A stretch of 63,847 nt of DNA, filler included, from Sandaracinaceae bacterium (GTDB lineage: Bacteria > Myxococcota_A > Polyangia > Polyangiales > JADJQN01): the NCBI GenBank assembly GCA_947483975.1. It is 4 parts of 4 records of this genome, joined end to end, with 100 filler letters (N's around TTAATTAATTAA, not from the genome) between each part and the next. Parts side by side here need not be neighbours in the genome. Positions count along the whole stretch, not along the records: positions 33,183 to 49,648 come from CANKOL010000079.1; 3 more parts are not named here. One strand, 5' to 3'. Shown here piece after piece: positions 35,869 through 43,475 of this stretch; the stretch's first letter is position 1, and each line of letters begins with the position of its first letter. Under the pieces are notes generated by a model, which searched no databases, was not told the DNA's origin, and was given only the letters and a program-made list of their open reading frames with translations. The translations under genes were made by a program, and so were the position numbers.

Positions 35869-36786
35869 ATGAGCTTCCCCATCTCTTCCAAAAAGCACAT
35901 CGCCGCTTTCGCGGTCCTCGCAGCCACCCTGCTGACGCTCTCCGGCTGTTACTCCGGGCGCGCGACGCCCTGGGGCGTCGACGCCGATGGCGGCGGCGGC
36001 GGTGGCTACCACTGGACCAGTGACGGGGGGGGCTCAGCCGCTGCTGTCGGCGTGCCGTGCAACGTGACGGCGATCCTCCGCACGAGCTGCTGGGGCTGCC
36101 ACCCGAGCGCGGCGCAGCCCGCGATGGTCAGCTACGCCGACCTGACCGGACCCTCGTCCGTGCCGGGTCAGAGCGTCCTCGACCGCTGCCTCGCGCGCAT
36201 GACCGCCGCGAGCGGCGCGATGCCTCCTGCGCCCCGCGCGCCCGTCTCGGCGGGTGACATCGCCATCCTGCAGGCGTGGGCATCGGCCGGCGCGCCCATG
36301 GAGACCTGCACCGAAGACGGCGGCGCGCCCTTCGACGCGGGTCCGAACCCCTACGACACCCCGACGGTCTGCACCTCCGGCGCGGGCTGGAGCGGGCGCA
36401 CCGCCAACACCAGCATGGCCCCCGGTCAGCCGTGCATCGCGTGCCACACCGCGGAGGGCGAGGGCCCCTGGCCCGCGTACCGCATCGCTGGCACCGTCTA
36501 CCCGACGGCGCACGAGCCTGACGACTGCAACGGCGCCAACGGTACGGGCGTCGATGGCGCGGTCGTCGTCGTCACGGACGCGAACGGCACGGAGTTCCGG
36601 CTCCCCACCAACAGCGTCGGCAACTTCCACTCGCCTGGCGCAGGGCTCGTGATGCCTTACCTCGCGCGCGTCGAGTACCAGGGTCGCGTCCGCGAGATGA
36701 TCGGCCCGCAGACCAACGGCGACTGCAACGCCTGCCACACGCTGGCCGGCACCTCGGGTGCGCCCGGTCGCGTCATGCTCCCCTGA
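35869..36786 (+). CDS. Triheme c-type cytochrome lipoprotein
   Basis: Lipobox LSGC; three CxxCH motifs (CWGCH, CIACH, CNACH); MPP distal-Met-type motif after the first. Confidence 0.8.
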   Translation: MSFPISSKKHIAAFAVLAATLLTLSGCYSGRATPWGVDADGGGGGGYHWTSDGGGSAAAVGVPCNVTAILRTSCWGCHPSAAQPAMVSYADLTGPSSVPGQSVLDRCLARMTAASGAMPPAPRAPVSAGDIAILQAWASAGAPMETCTEDGGAPFDAGPNPYDTPTVCTSGAGWSGRTANTSMAPGQPCIACHTAEGEGPWPAYRIAGTVYPTAHEPDDCNGANGTGVDGAVVVVTDANGTEFRLPTNSVGNFHSPGAGLVMPYLARVEYQGRVREMIGPQTNGDCNACHTLAGTSGAPGRVMLP

Positions 36787-36838
36787 GCGTGCTACAGGGC
36801 GGCCGACGGCCTCTTTCTCTCTCTCTCCAGGTGAATCG

Positions 36839-38050
36839 ATGCGTCGCGGTCTCTCGCTCTCGCTGACCGTGGCACTCGCCACGGTCTTGCTCTCCACGGT
36901 CGTCAGTCCCTCGCGCGCCCACGCCTATGCTTGGCTGATCCGGCACGGATACACCGCCTGCGGGATGTGCCACGTGGATCCGTCGGGGGGCAGCTTGCTG
37001 ACCCCCTACGGGCGCGCGCAGGGCACGCTGCTGATGGCGGCGCGCTGGGGCAGCACGGACGACGAGGCCGCGGTGAAGCAGGGCGAGTTCCTCTTCGGCG
37101 CGTTCGAGCTGCCCGAGGTGCTCCAGCTCGGCGGCGACTTCCGCGGAGGCGCGCTCGCCTACACGACGGGCGGCGGCCCGGCCGACTCGCGCGCGCTCCT
37201 GATGCAGGCCGACCTCGAGGCCGGCCTGAGCATCGGTCGCTTCCGCGCAGCCGGTAGCCTCGGCTTCGCCACGGACGGCGCCTTCGCGGCGACGATCGTC
37301 GGCAACAATGATGGGCGCCTCGTCTCTCGCGCGCACTGGCTCGGCGTCTCGCTCGGTGAGAACGACGAGTGGCTGCTCCGCGCCGGGCGCATCAACGTCC
37401 CGTTCGGCGTGCGGACGATCGAGCACACGTCCTGGATTCGCAAGGACACGCGCACCGACATCAACGTGTCGCAAGAGGACGGCATCACGCTGTCGTACGC
37501 CGGTGAGGCGTGGCGCGGCGAGGCGATGGCTATCCTCGGCAACTATCAGATCGGCCCCGACGAGTACCGCGAGCGCGGCGGCAGCGCTTATGTCGAGTTC
37601 ACCCCGGTCGAGGGCCTCGGCTGGGGCCTCAGCGCGCTCGTGACGAGCGTGAAGAAGGACCTGCAGCTGCAGACGCCGCTCATCCGGCACGCGTACGGCG
37701 CGTTCGTCCGCTACTCGCCCGCGCTCTGGGTCGTGCTCCTCGCTGAGGCCGACGCGCTCGTGTACTCGCAGCTCGAGCACAACGCCTTCGGCGTCTCGGC
37801 GTGGGTCCAGGCGGACTTCGAGCCGACGCAGGGATTGCACATCATCCCGACGCTCGAACTCTCGGACCGCGACACCGCCATTCAGGGGCCGTCGGTCGGT
37901 GGCGCGCTCGGCGTCGCGTGGTTCTTCCTCCCGCACATCGACGCCCGCGTGGACTTCGGCGTCTCGAGCCAGGTGGTGCCCGGCGCTCCCGGAACGACGG
38001 TGCGCGGCACCGGCGAGTCCGTCCTCGCGCAGCTCCACTGCTACCTGTGA
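36839..38050 (+). CDS. Monoheme cytochrome c fused to a probable outer-membrane beta-barrel (Cyc2-like architecture)
   Basis: Signal peptide ending AHA; CGMCH near the mature N-terminus followed by LTPYGR; amphipathic beta-strand pattern over the rest. Start set at ATG 36839. Confidence 0.7.
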   Translation: MRRGLSLSLTVALATVLLSTVVSPSRAHAYAWLIRHGYTACGMCHVDPSGGSLLTPYGRAQGTLLMAARWGSTDDEAAVKQGEFLFGAFELPEVLQLGGDFRGGALAYTTGGGPADSRALLMQADLEAGLSIGRFRAAGSLGFATDGAFAATIVGNNDGRLVSRAHWLGVSLGENDEWLLRAGRINVPFGVRTIEHTSWIRKDTRTDINVSQEDGITLSYAGEAWRGEAMAILGNYQIGPDEYRERGGSAYVEFTPVEGLGWGLSALVTSVKKDLQLQTPLIRHAYGAFVRYSPALWVVLLAEADALVYSQLEHNAFGVSAWVQADFEPTQGLHIIPTLELSDRDTAIQGPSVGGALGVAWFFLPHIDARVDFGVSSQVVPGAPGTTVRGTGESVLAQLHCYL

Positions 38051-38058
38051 GGACACCG

Positions 38059-38562
38059 ATGAACCGACTCAGCTCCTCCGTTCGTCTCTCGCTCTTCGCT
38101 GCCCTCGCGCTCACCACGCTCGCCGCGGCTCCCTTGTCGGCCCACGCCTCGCCGGCCTTCCCCGGCACGATGCTGGACCATCTGGCGCTGCCGCAGGCGC
38201 CGCCGTGCTGGGTCTGTCACGCGGGCAACGTCACCTCCTACGACACGGTGTTCACGCCCTTCGGGCGCTCGCTGCGCTTGAACGGGCTCATCGCAGAGGA
38301 CTCCACCAGCCTCACGCGCGCGCTCGACGAGCTCGACCGCAACAACATCGACAGTGATCACGACGGTATGTCGGACATCGACGAGCTGATGCGCGGCTAC
38401 GACCCGAACACGCCGCCCTTCGAGGGACCGGCGCCCGAGTGGAAGGTCGGCTGCGACGCGGCGGGCGGCGCGGGTGGCGCGCCTCTGACTGGCGGCCTCG
38501 CGCTCACCGCCGTGGTCGGACTCGCGCTCGTCGGCTGGCGCGCCCGCTCCCGCAAGCGCTGA
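38059..38562 (+). CDS. Small monoheme cytochrome c with Ca-binding-type loop and MYXO-CTERM-like surface-sorting tail
   Basis: Signal peptide AHA; CWVCH...TPFGR; DSDHDGMSDIDE; C-terminal GC-linker-TM-WRARSRKR. ATG 38059 with GAGG RBS. Confidence 0.75.
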   Translation: MNRLSSSVRLSLFAALALTTLAAAPLSAHASPAFPGTMLDHLALPQAPPCWVCHAGNVTSYDTVFTPFGRSLRLNGLIAEDSTSLTRALDELDRNNIDSDHDGMSDIDELMRGYDPNTPPFEGPAPEWKVGCDAAGGAGGAPLTGGLALTAVVGLALVGWRARSRKR

Positions 38563-38738
38563 GCGTCGTTCGCGGCGGCTCTCCTCGCTCGCGCACCGCA
38601 GATCCCGTTGGCGTAGCCCCGCGGCCGAGTGGTACACCTCGACTTCGGGGCTCGCGCACGTCCGTCTGCGTGTGCACGCTCGAGCCGCGCGGCTCCCGCG
38701 CGCGCAGTCGTCGTGCAGACGAGTGAGGGGAGACCGCG

Positions 38739-41054
38739 ATGCGAGTGACCTTGGTGGGCGCCGACTTCGAGGAGAACTTGGGCGTAGGCATGATCGCCGC
38801 CGTCGCGGAGGCCGCAGGGCACGCCGTGCACATCGTGGCGTTCAACGACCCCGCGCGGATGGACCGCGTCGTCCGCGAGGTGCTCGACGCTCGCCCGGAC
38901 GTCGTCGGGCTCTCGATGCAGTTCCAGCATCGCGCGCACGAGTTCCTTTCGTTTGCGCGGAGGCTGCGCGCCGCTGGTTTCGGCGGACACATCACCGCGG
39001 GCGGGCAGTTCCCGACGCTCGCCGACCGCGAGGTGCTCGGCGCCGACACCGCGCTCGATTCCGTCGTGCTGCACGAGGGGGAGGAGACGTTCCCCGCGTT
39101 GCTCGCCGCGCTCGCGGAAGGGCGCCCGCTCAGCGACGTCGCGGGGCTCGCGCTCCCGTCCGCTTCGGGGCCGAGTCGCACGGCTGATCGGCGCCTGCCC
39201 GATGACCTCGATCTCTTCCCCTATCCGCGGCGCTATCGCGGGCACGTCAAGCACTTCGGCGTCCCGTTCATCCCGGTGATGGGGAGCCGCGGCTGCTGGG
39301 GCAAATGCAGCTATTGCGCGATCACCTCTTTTTACCGAGACGCCCGCGCTCACGGCGGCGGTCGCGCGCTGCGCCTGCGCAGCCCGGAGCACGTCGCTGG
39401 CGAGATGGCGCTCCTCTGGCACGCCGCGGGCGCACCCTCGATCTTCTGCTTTCACGACGACAACTTCGTGCTCCCGCGCGCGAGCGACACGCTCGAGCGA
39501 GTCCGCGCGATCCGCGCTGAGCTCGACGGCTACGGCGTCGGGCGCATCGGCATCGTCGGCAAGGCGCGCCCCGACACGCTGACGCCGGAGCTCGCGCGGG
39601 ACCTCGCCGCGCTCGGCGTGATCCGCCTCTACGTCGGCGTCGAGAACGCGTCCGAGCATGGTGCCGCGGACCTGCGCCGCGGCACGCAGACGGCGCACGT
39701 GCGCGAGGCGCTCCGCGCGTGTCGCGAGGCGGGCATCTTCGTTTGCTACAACCTGCTCGTCTTCGAGCCGGAGTCGACGCTCGCGGACCTCCGCGAGAAC
39801 GTCGCGTTCATCCGCGCGCACGCCGATCATCCCGTGAATTTCTGCCGCGCGGAGCCTTATTACGGCACGCCGCTGCACCTCGAGCTCGCCGCGAAGCAGG
39901 ACCTCGGCGGCAGCTACCTCGGCTGGAACTACCGCATCGAGGACGCCCGCGCGGAGCTCGCCTTCCGCATCTCGTCGGCGGCGTTCCGCGAGCGTAATTT
40001 CTCGCCCGACGGCGTCGCCAACCGCTTCATGGGGCTCGGCTACGCGGCGAAGGTCGTGTCGCACTTCCACGGCGCGACGAGCCCGGCGTTCGCCGCGCGC
40101 GCGCAGGCGCTCTCGGCCCGCGCGCTCGACGTCACGCGCTCGATCTCGCGCGACACGGCCGACTTCCTCGAGGAGGCGATCGCCCTCGCAGAGTCGGTGT
40201 CGCTCGACGACCGCGACCTCCTCGAGCGCGAGACGGCGCTGCTCGGGCTCCGCATCGCCGCCGCCGACGCACGCTGGCACGCCGTGCTCGACGGGCTCTT
40301 CGCGGACCTCGAGGCGCTCTCCCGCGAGCCCCTCGCGGCGCCTCGGCAGAGGCGCGTCGCGCCGCCCAACAAGCTCGTGGAGTTGGCGCGCAACGTCGCC
40401 CTCGGCGGCGCGCTCGCGGTGTGGACGGCCAACGTCCAGGGCTGCGCGGCGAGCGTCGTCGACCCCGTCCCGCCCGACGCCGGGCCCGACTTCATGGTCG
40501 TCGACCCGCCTCCCCCCGACGCCGGCGTGGACTTCGGCAGCCCGGTAGACCCGCTCCCCGAGGACGCCGGCATCGACCTCGGGATGCCCGTCGATCCGCC
40601 GCCCTACGACGCGGGGATGCCCGTCGACGTGCTCCCGTGGGACGCAGGAATGCCCGTCGATCCGCCGCCCTACGACGCGGGTCGCCCCGTCGATCCGCTC
40701 CCGCCGGATGGCGGCATGGCGCTCTCTGCGCCCGCCTCGCCCAACGTGCGCCTCGCCATCGTCGACCAGTGGCGCGACTCGTCCTCGCGCGCCGTGCGCA
40801 CGCGCGACCTCGCGCTCTTCGAGCCGCCGACGCCGCGCCTCGTCACGCTCTCGACGTCGAGCGGCACCTCCCGCGTCCGCGTCGAGGGCGTCGACCCGAC
40901 GGCCGGCGTGCGCTGGGAGTCGGACGGCGACACGCGCGAGGACGGCCACGAGGTCGAGTGGACCCCGCGCGACTCCGACGATCGCCTGCGCGTCGCCGTG
41001 CGTACTCACGGCGGCGTCGCCGTCATCAGCGTGCGCGCCCCGCGCGTCGGCTGA
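38739..41054 (+). CDS. Cobalamin-binding (class B-type) radical SAM enzyme with C-terminal repeat array and small beta domain
   Basis: N-terminal B12-binding domain (LGVGMIAA...PDVVGLS...TAGGQFPT...EGE), SRGCWGKCSYC (CxxxCxxC), FHDDNF, YVGVEN, EPYYGTPL; GAGGGGAG RBS. Confidence 0.9.
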   Translation: MRVTLVGADFEENLGVGMIAAVAEAAGHAVHIVAFNDPARMDRVVREVLDARPDVVGLSMQFQHRAHEFLSFARRLRAAGFGGHITAGGQFPTLADREVLGADTALDSVVLHEGEETFPALLAALAEGRPLSDVAGLALPSASGPSRTADRRLPDDLDLFPYPRRYRGHVKHFGVPFIPVMGSRGCWGKCSYCAITSFYRDARAHGGGRALRLRSPEHVAGEMALLWHAAGAPSIFCFHDDNFVLPRASDTLERVRAIRAELDGYGVGRIGIVGKARPDTLTPELARDLAALGVIRLYVGVENASEHGAADLRRGTQTAHVREALRACREAGIFVCYNLLVFEPESTLADLRENVAFIRAHADHPVNFCRAEPYYGTPLHLELAAKQDLGGSYLGWNYRIEDARAELAFRISSAAFRERNFSPDGVANRFMGLGYAAKVVSHFHGATSPAFAARAQALSARALDVTRSISRDTADFLEEAIALAESVSLDDRDLLERETALLGLRIAAADARWHAVLDGLFADLEALSREPLAAPRQRRVAPPNKLVELARNVALGGALAVWTANVQGCAASVVDPVPPDAGPDFMVVDPPPPDAGVDFGSPVDPLPEDAGIDLGMPVDPPPYDAGMPVDVLPWDAGMPVDPPPYDAGRPVDPLPPDGGMALSAPASPNVRLAIVDQWRDSSSRAVRTRDLALFEPPTPRLVTLSTSSGTSRVRVEGVDPTAGVRWESDGDTREDGHEVEWTPRDSDDRLRVAVRTHGGVAVISVRAPRVG
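40455..40715 (+). repeat. Seven imperfect in-frame peptide repeats VD(P/V)xPxD(A/G)G
   Basis: VDPVPPDAG, VDPPPPDAG, VDPLPEDAG, VDPPPYDAG, VDVLPWDAG, VDPPPYDAG, VDPLPPDGG; exact 32-bp duplication at 40584-40615 and 40650-40681. Confidence 0.92.
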
Positions 41055-41080
41055 ATCATCGGCCCGATGAGCCCGACTCG

Positions 41081-41674
41081 ATGAAGCCCACCCGACGGAC
41101 GCTGCTCAAGCTCGTAGGCGCCGGCGCAGCGGCCGTCGTGCTCACTCAGCTCGACGCGCGCGCGCCGCTCCCGGCGCCGGGCGCGCGGCTCGTCGCGCTC
41201 ACTCCGCACGAGGCGGCGATGGTCGAGGCGATCGGCGCGCGGATCTGGCCCGGCAGCCCGAGCGACCCCGGCGCGCGTGAGGCGGGGACCGTTCGCTACA
41301 TCGACCTCGCCCTCGCGGGCGCGCTCGCGGAGCACCTCGACACTTATCGCCGCGCCCTCCGTGAGCTCGACGCGGCGTCGCGCGCCCAACACCGCGCGCC
41401 CTTCGCCGCGCTCGACGACTCCGAGCAGGACGCGCTGCTCGGGGCCCTGTCGCTGGGCCGTCTATCCTCAGTGCGCGAGGGCCCCGCGTTCTTCGGGCTC
41501 GTCCGCACGCACACGCTCGAGGGGCTCTTCGCCGACCCGCTCCACGGCGGCAATCGCGACCTCGCCGGCTGGAGGGCTGTCGGCTATCCAGGGCCGTTCT
41601 ACGCGATCGGTCCCGACGAACAGCAGCGCTCCGACGAGTCCGAGCTGCCCTATCGAAGCCTCGATGACCTCTGA
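41081..41674 (+). CDS. Gluconate 2-dehydrogenase subunit 3 (gamma)-family protein with Tat signal
   Basis: TRRTLLK twin-arginine motif, PGAREAG..YID..L, EGLFADPLHGGN...GWRAVGYPG. Start set at ATG 41081. Confidence 0.88.
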   Translation: MKPTRRTLLKLVGAGAAAVVLTQLDARAPLPAPGARLVALTPHEAAMVEAIGARIWPGSPSDPGAREAGTVRYIDLALAGALAEHLDTYRRALRELDAASRAQHRAPFAALDDSEQDALLGALSLGRLSSVREGPAFFGLVRTHTLEGLFADPLHGGNRDLAGWRAVGYPGPFYAIGPDEQQRSDESELPYRSLDDL

Positions 41675-41704
41675 GCGCGCCTGAGCGCCGGCGACCGCAA
41701 GCCC

Positions 41705-43465
41705 ATGGCGCTCCTACCTCGAAAAGACGTCGTCATCGTCGGCTATGGAGCCGCGGCGGGCCCGGTCTCGCTCGAGCTCGCGCGCGCCGGGCAATCCGTC
41801 GTCGCCCTCGAAGCCGGCGCGCATCGGACCGCCGCGACGGACTTTCATCGCGGCTCGCTGGACACGCTCCGCTGGCGCACTCGCCGCGAGATGATCGACG
41901 GCAGGCGCATGGCGCTGACCTTCCGCAATGCGCAGTCGGAGGTGGCCGCGCCGTGGAATGGCATCTACGCGATGGCCTCCACCGTCGGCGGCTCTTCCGT
42001 GCATTGGTCCGGGCAGTCCTGGCGCTTTTACGCGGACGACTTCCGCGTGAAGTCCGCGCTCGAGGAGCGCTATGGGCGCTCTGGGCGACTCGCGCATCTG
42101 CGCGCAGACCACGCCGCGCTCGAAGATTGGCCCATCACCTACGAGGAGGTCGAACCCTTCTACGAGAAGGTCGAATACGCGCTCGGGATCGGCGGCTGGC
42201 CGGGCAACCTCGGCGGGCGAATTCGCCCCGTCCATCCCCATGAGGGCAATCCCTACGAGGCCCCGCGAAAGCGCGACTTCCCCTATCGGCCGCTCCGCGA
42301 CAACGCCACGGATCTCGTGTTCCGTGAGGGCGCGCTCGCCCGCGGACTCCAGCCCTTTCACGTCCCGACGGGCGTCAGCATGGACGGCGCGTGGGCCTCG
42401 ACCGAGGGTGTGCGGCGCCCCGGCTGCACCTATTGCAGCTTCTGCACGGGCTTCGGCTGCTGGAACGACTCGAAGACCTCGACGCTCTCTGCCCTCTTGC
42501 CCGCCGCGCAGCAACTCCCGCACTTCGAGCTGCGCCCGCACTGCTACGTCACGCGCATCAACCACCGAGACGGACGCGCCGTCAGCGTCAGCTATCGCAA
42601 TGAGAACGGCGTCGAGCACGAGCAACCCGGCGACGTCTTCATCCTCGGCGCGTACTCGTTCCAGAACGTGCGACTGCTCCTGCACTCCGGCATCGACGGC
42701 AACGGGCAGATTGGCAAGTACTTCATCAACCGCGCGACGACGAACCTGCACGCGATCTTCGGGCGCAGGCTCCTCAACGGCTGGAACGGTCCCTCCGTGC
42801 AGCGGCAAGGCGTCGACGACTACAACGGCGAGAACGCGATGGAGCAGAAGCTCCAGTTGCCGCCGGAGCAGTTCTTCGTCCGCGGGGCGTTCATCGGCTC
42901 TCCGTCGCAGCGCGTGCCGCTCGAGTCGTACGATCTGCACCCGCCCGACGTGCCCTCTTGGGGCGCGGCGTACAAGCGCTTCATGAGCGAGAACCTGAAT
43001 CGCTACATGGGATTGCAGCTCCTCACCGAGGCGATGCCCTACGAGGACTGCACGCTCGACCTCGACCCGAACTACAGCGACGAATACGGGATGCCCTATT
43101 GTCGCGTCACGCGGTCGGTGAAGCAGAACGAGCGGCGAATGGCGCACTTCATCTGGGACCGCGCGAAGGAGCTCGTCGAGGCTGCCGGCGCGACGAAGGT
43201 CTGGGGCGAGCGCAGCGCGACGGCGATCGCGTCGTCGACCCACGACCTCGGCGGCGCGCGCATGGGCACGGACCCGACCAAGTCCGCGACCAACCGCTAC
43301 GGGCAACTCTGGTCGACGCCGAACCTCTTCGTCACGGGCGGCGCGCTGATGCCGAGCCTCGGCGGCCACAATCCCACGCAGACGATCTGGATGCTGAGCT
43401 ATTGGCTCGCCGACGCCCTCCTTCAGCGCAAGGTCCGACTCGACGACTCGATGGCTTACACCTGA
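41705..43465 (+). CDS. GMC-family flavoprotein dehydrogenase (gluconate 2-dehydrogenase alpha-like)
   Basis: DVVIVGYGAAAG FAD motif, VGGSSVHW, DWPITYEEVEPFY, CTYCSFCTGFGC Fe-S motif, HDLGGARMG, NPTQT. Confidence 0.9.
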   Translation: MALLPRKDVVIVGYGAAAGPVSLELARAGQSVVALEAGAHRTAATDFHRGSLDTLRWRTRREMIDGRRMALTFRNAQSEVAAPWNGIYAMASTVGGSSVHWSGQSWRFYADDFRVKSALEERYGRSGRLAHLRADHAALEDWPITYEEVEPFYEKVEYALGIGGWPGNLGGRIRPVHPHEGNPYEAPRKRDFPYRPLRDNATDLVFREGALARGLQPFHVPTGVSMDGAWASTEGVRRPGCTYCSFCTGFGCWNDSKTSTLSALLPAAQQLPHFELRPHCYVTRINHRDGRAVSVSYRNENGVEHEQPGDVFILGAYSFQNVRLLLHSGIDGNGQIGKYFINRATTNLHAIFGRRLLNGWNGPSVQRQGVDDYNGENAMEQKLQLPPEQFFVRGAFIGSPSQRVPLESYDLHPPDVPSWGAAYKRFMSENLNRYMGLQLLTEAMPYEDCTLDLDPNYSDEYGMPYCRVTRSVKQNERRMAHFIWDRAKELVEAAGATKVWGERSATAIASSTHDLGGARMGTDPTKSATNRYGQLWSTPNLFVTGGALMPSLGGHNPTQTIWMLSYWLADALLQRKVRLDDSMAYT

Positions 43466-43475
43466 CGCCCGCGCC

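Noticed and set aside
35262..35927. Upstream extension of ORF 34155-35927
   Set aside because: Antisense to the YceI gene and the start of the cytochrome gene; the signal-like segment begins near 35135
38563..38738. Possible cobalamin riboswitch or small precursor peptide upstream of the B12 radical SAM gene
   Set aside because: No recognisable B12-box or conserved riboswitch core, and no convincing short ORF with an RBS; an Infernal/Rfam scan would settle it
40455..40715. Radical SAM repeat array as a CRISPR or non-coding repeat
   Set aside because: Units vary at synonymous positions, spacers keep the frame, and conservation is at peptide level
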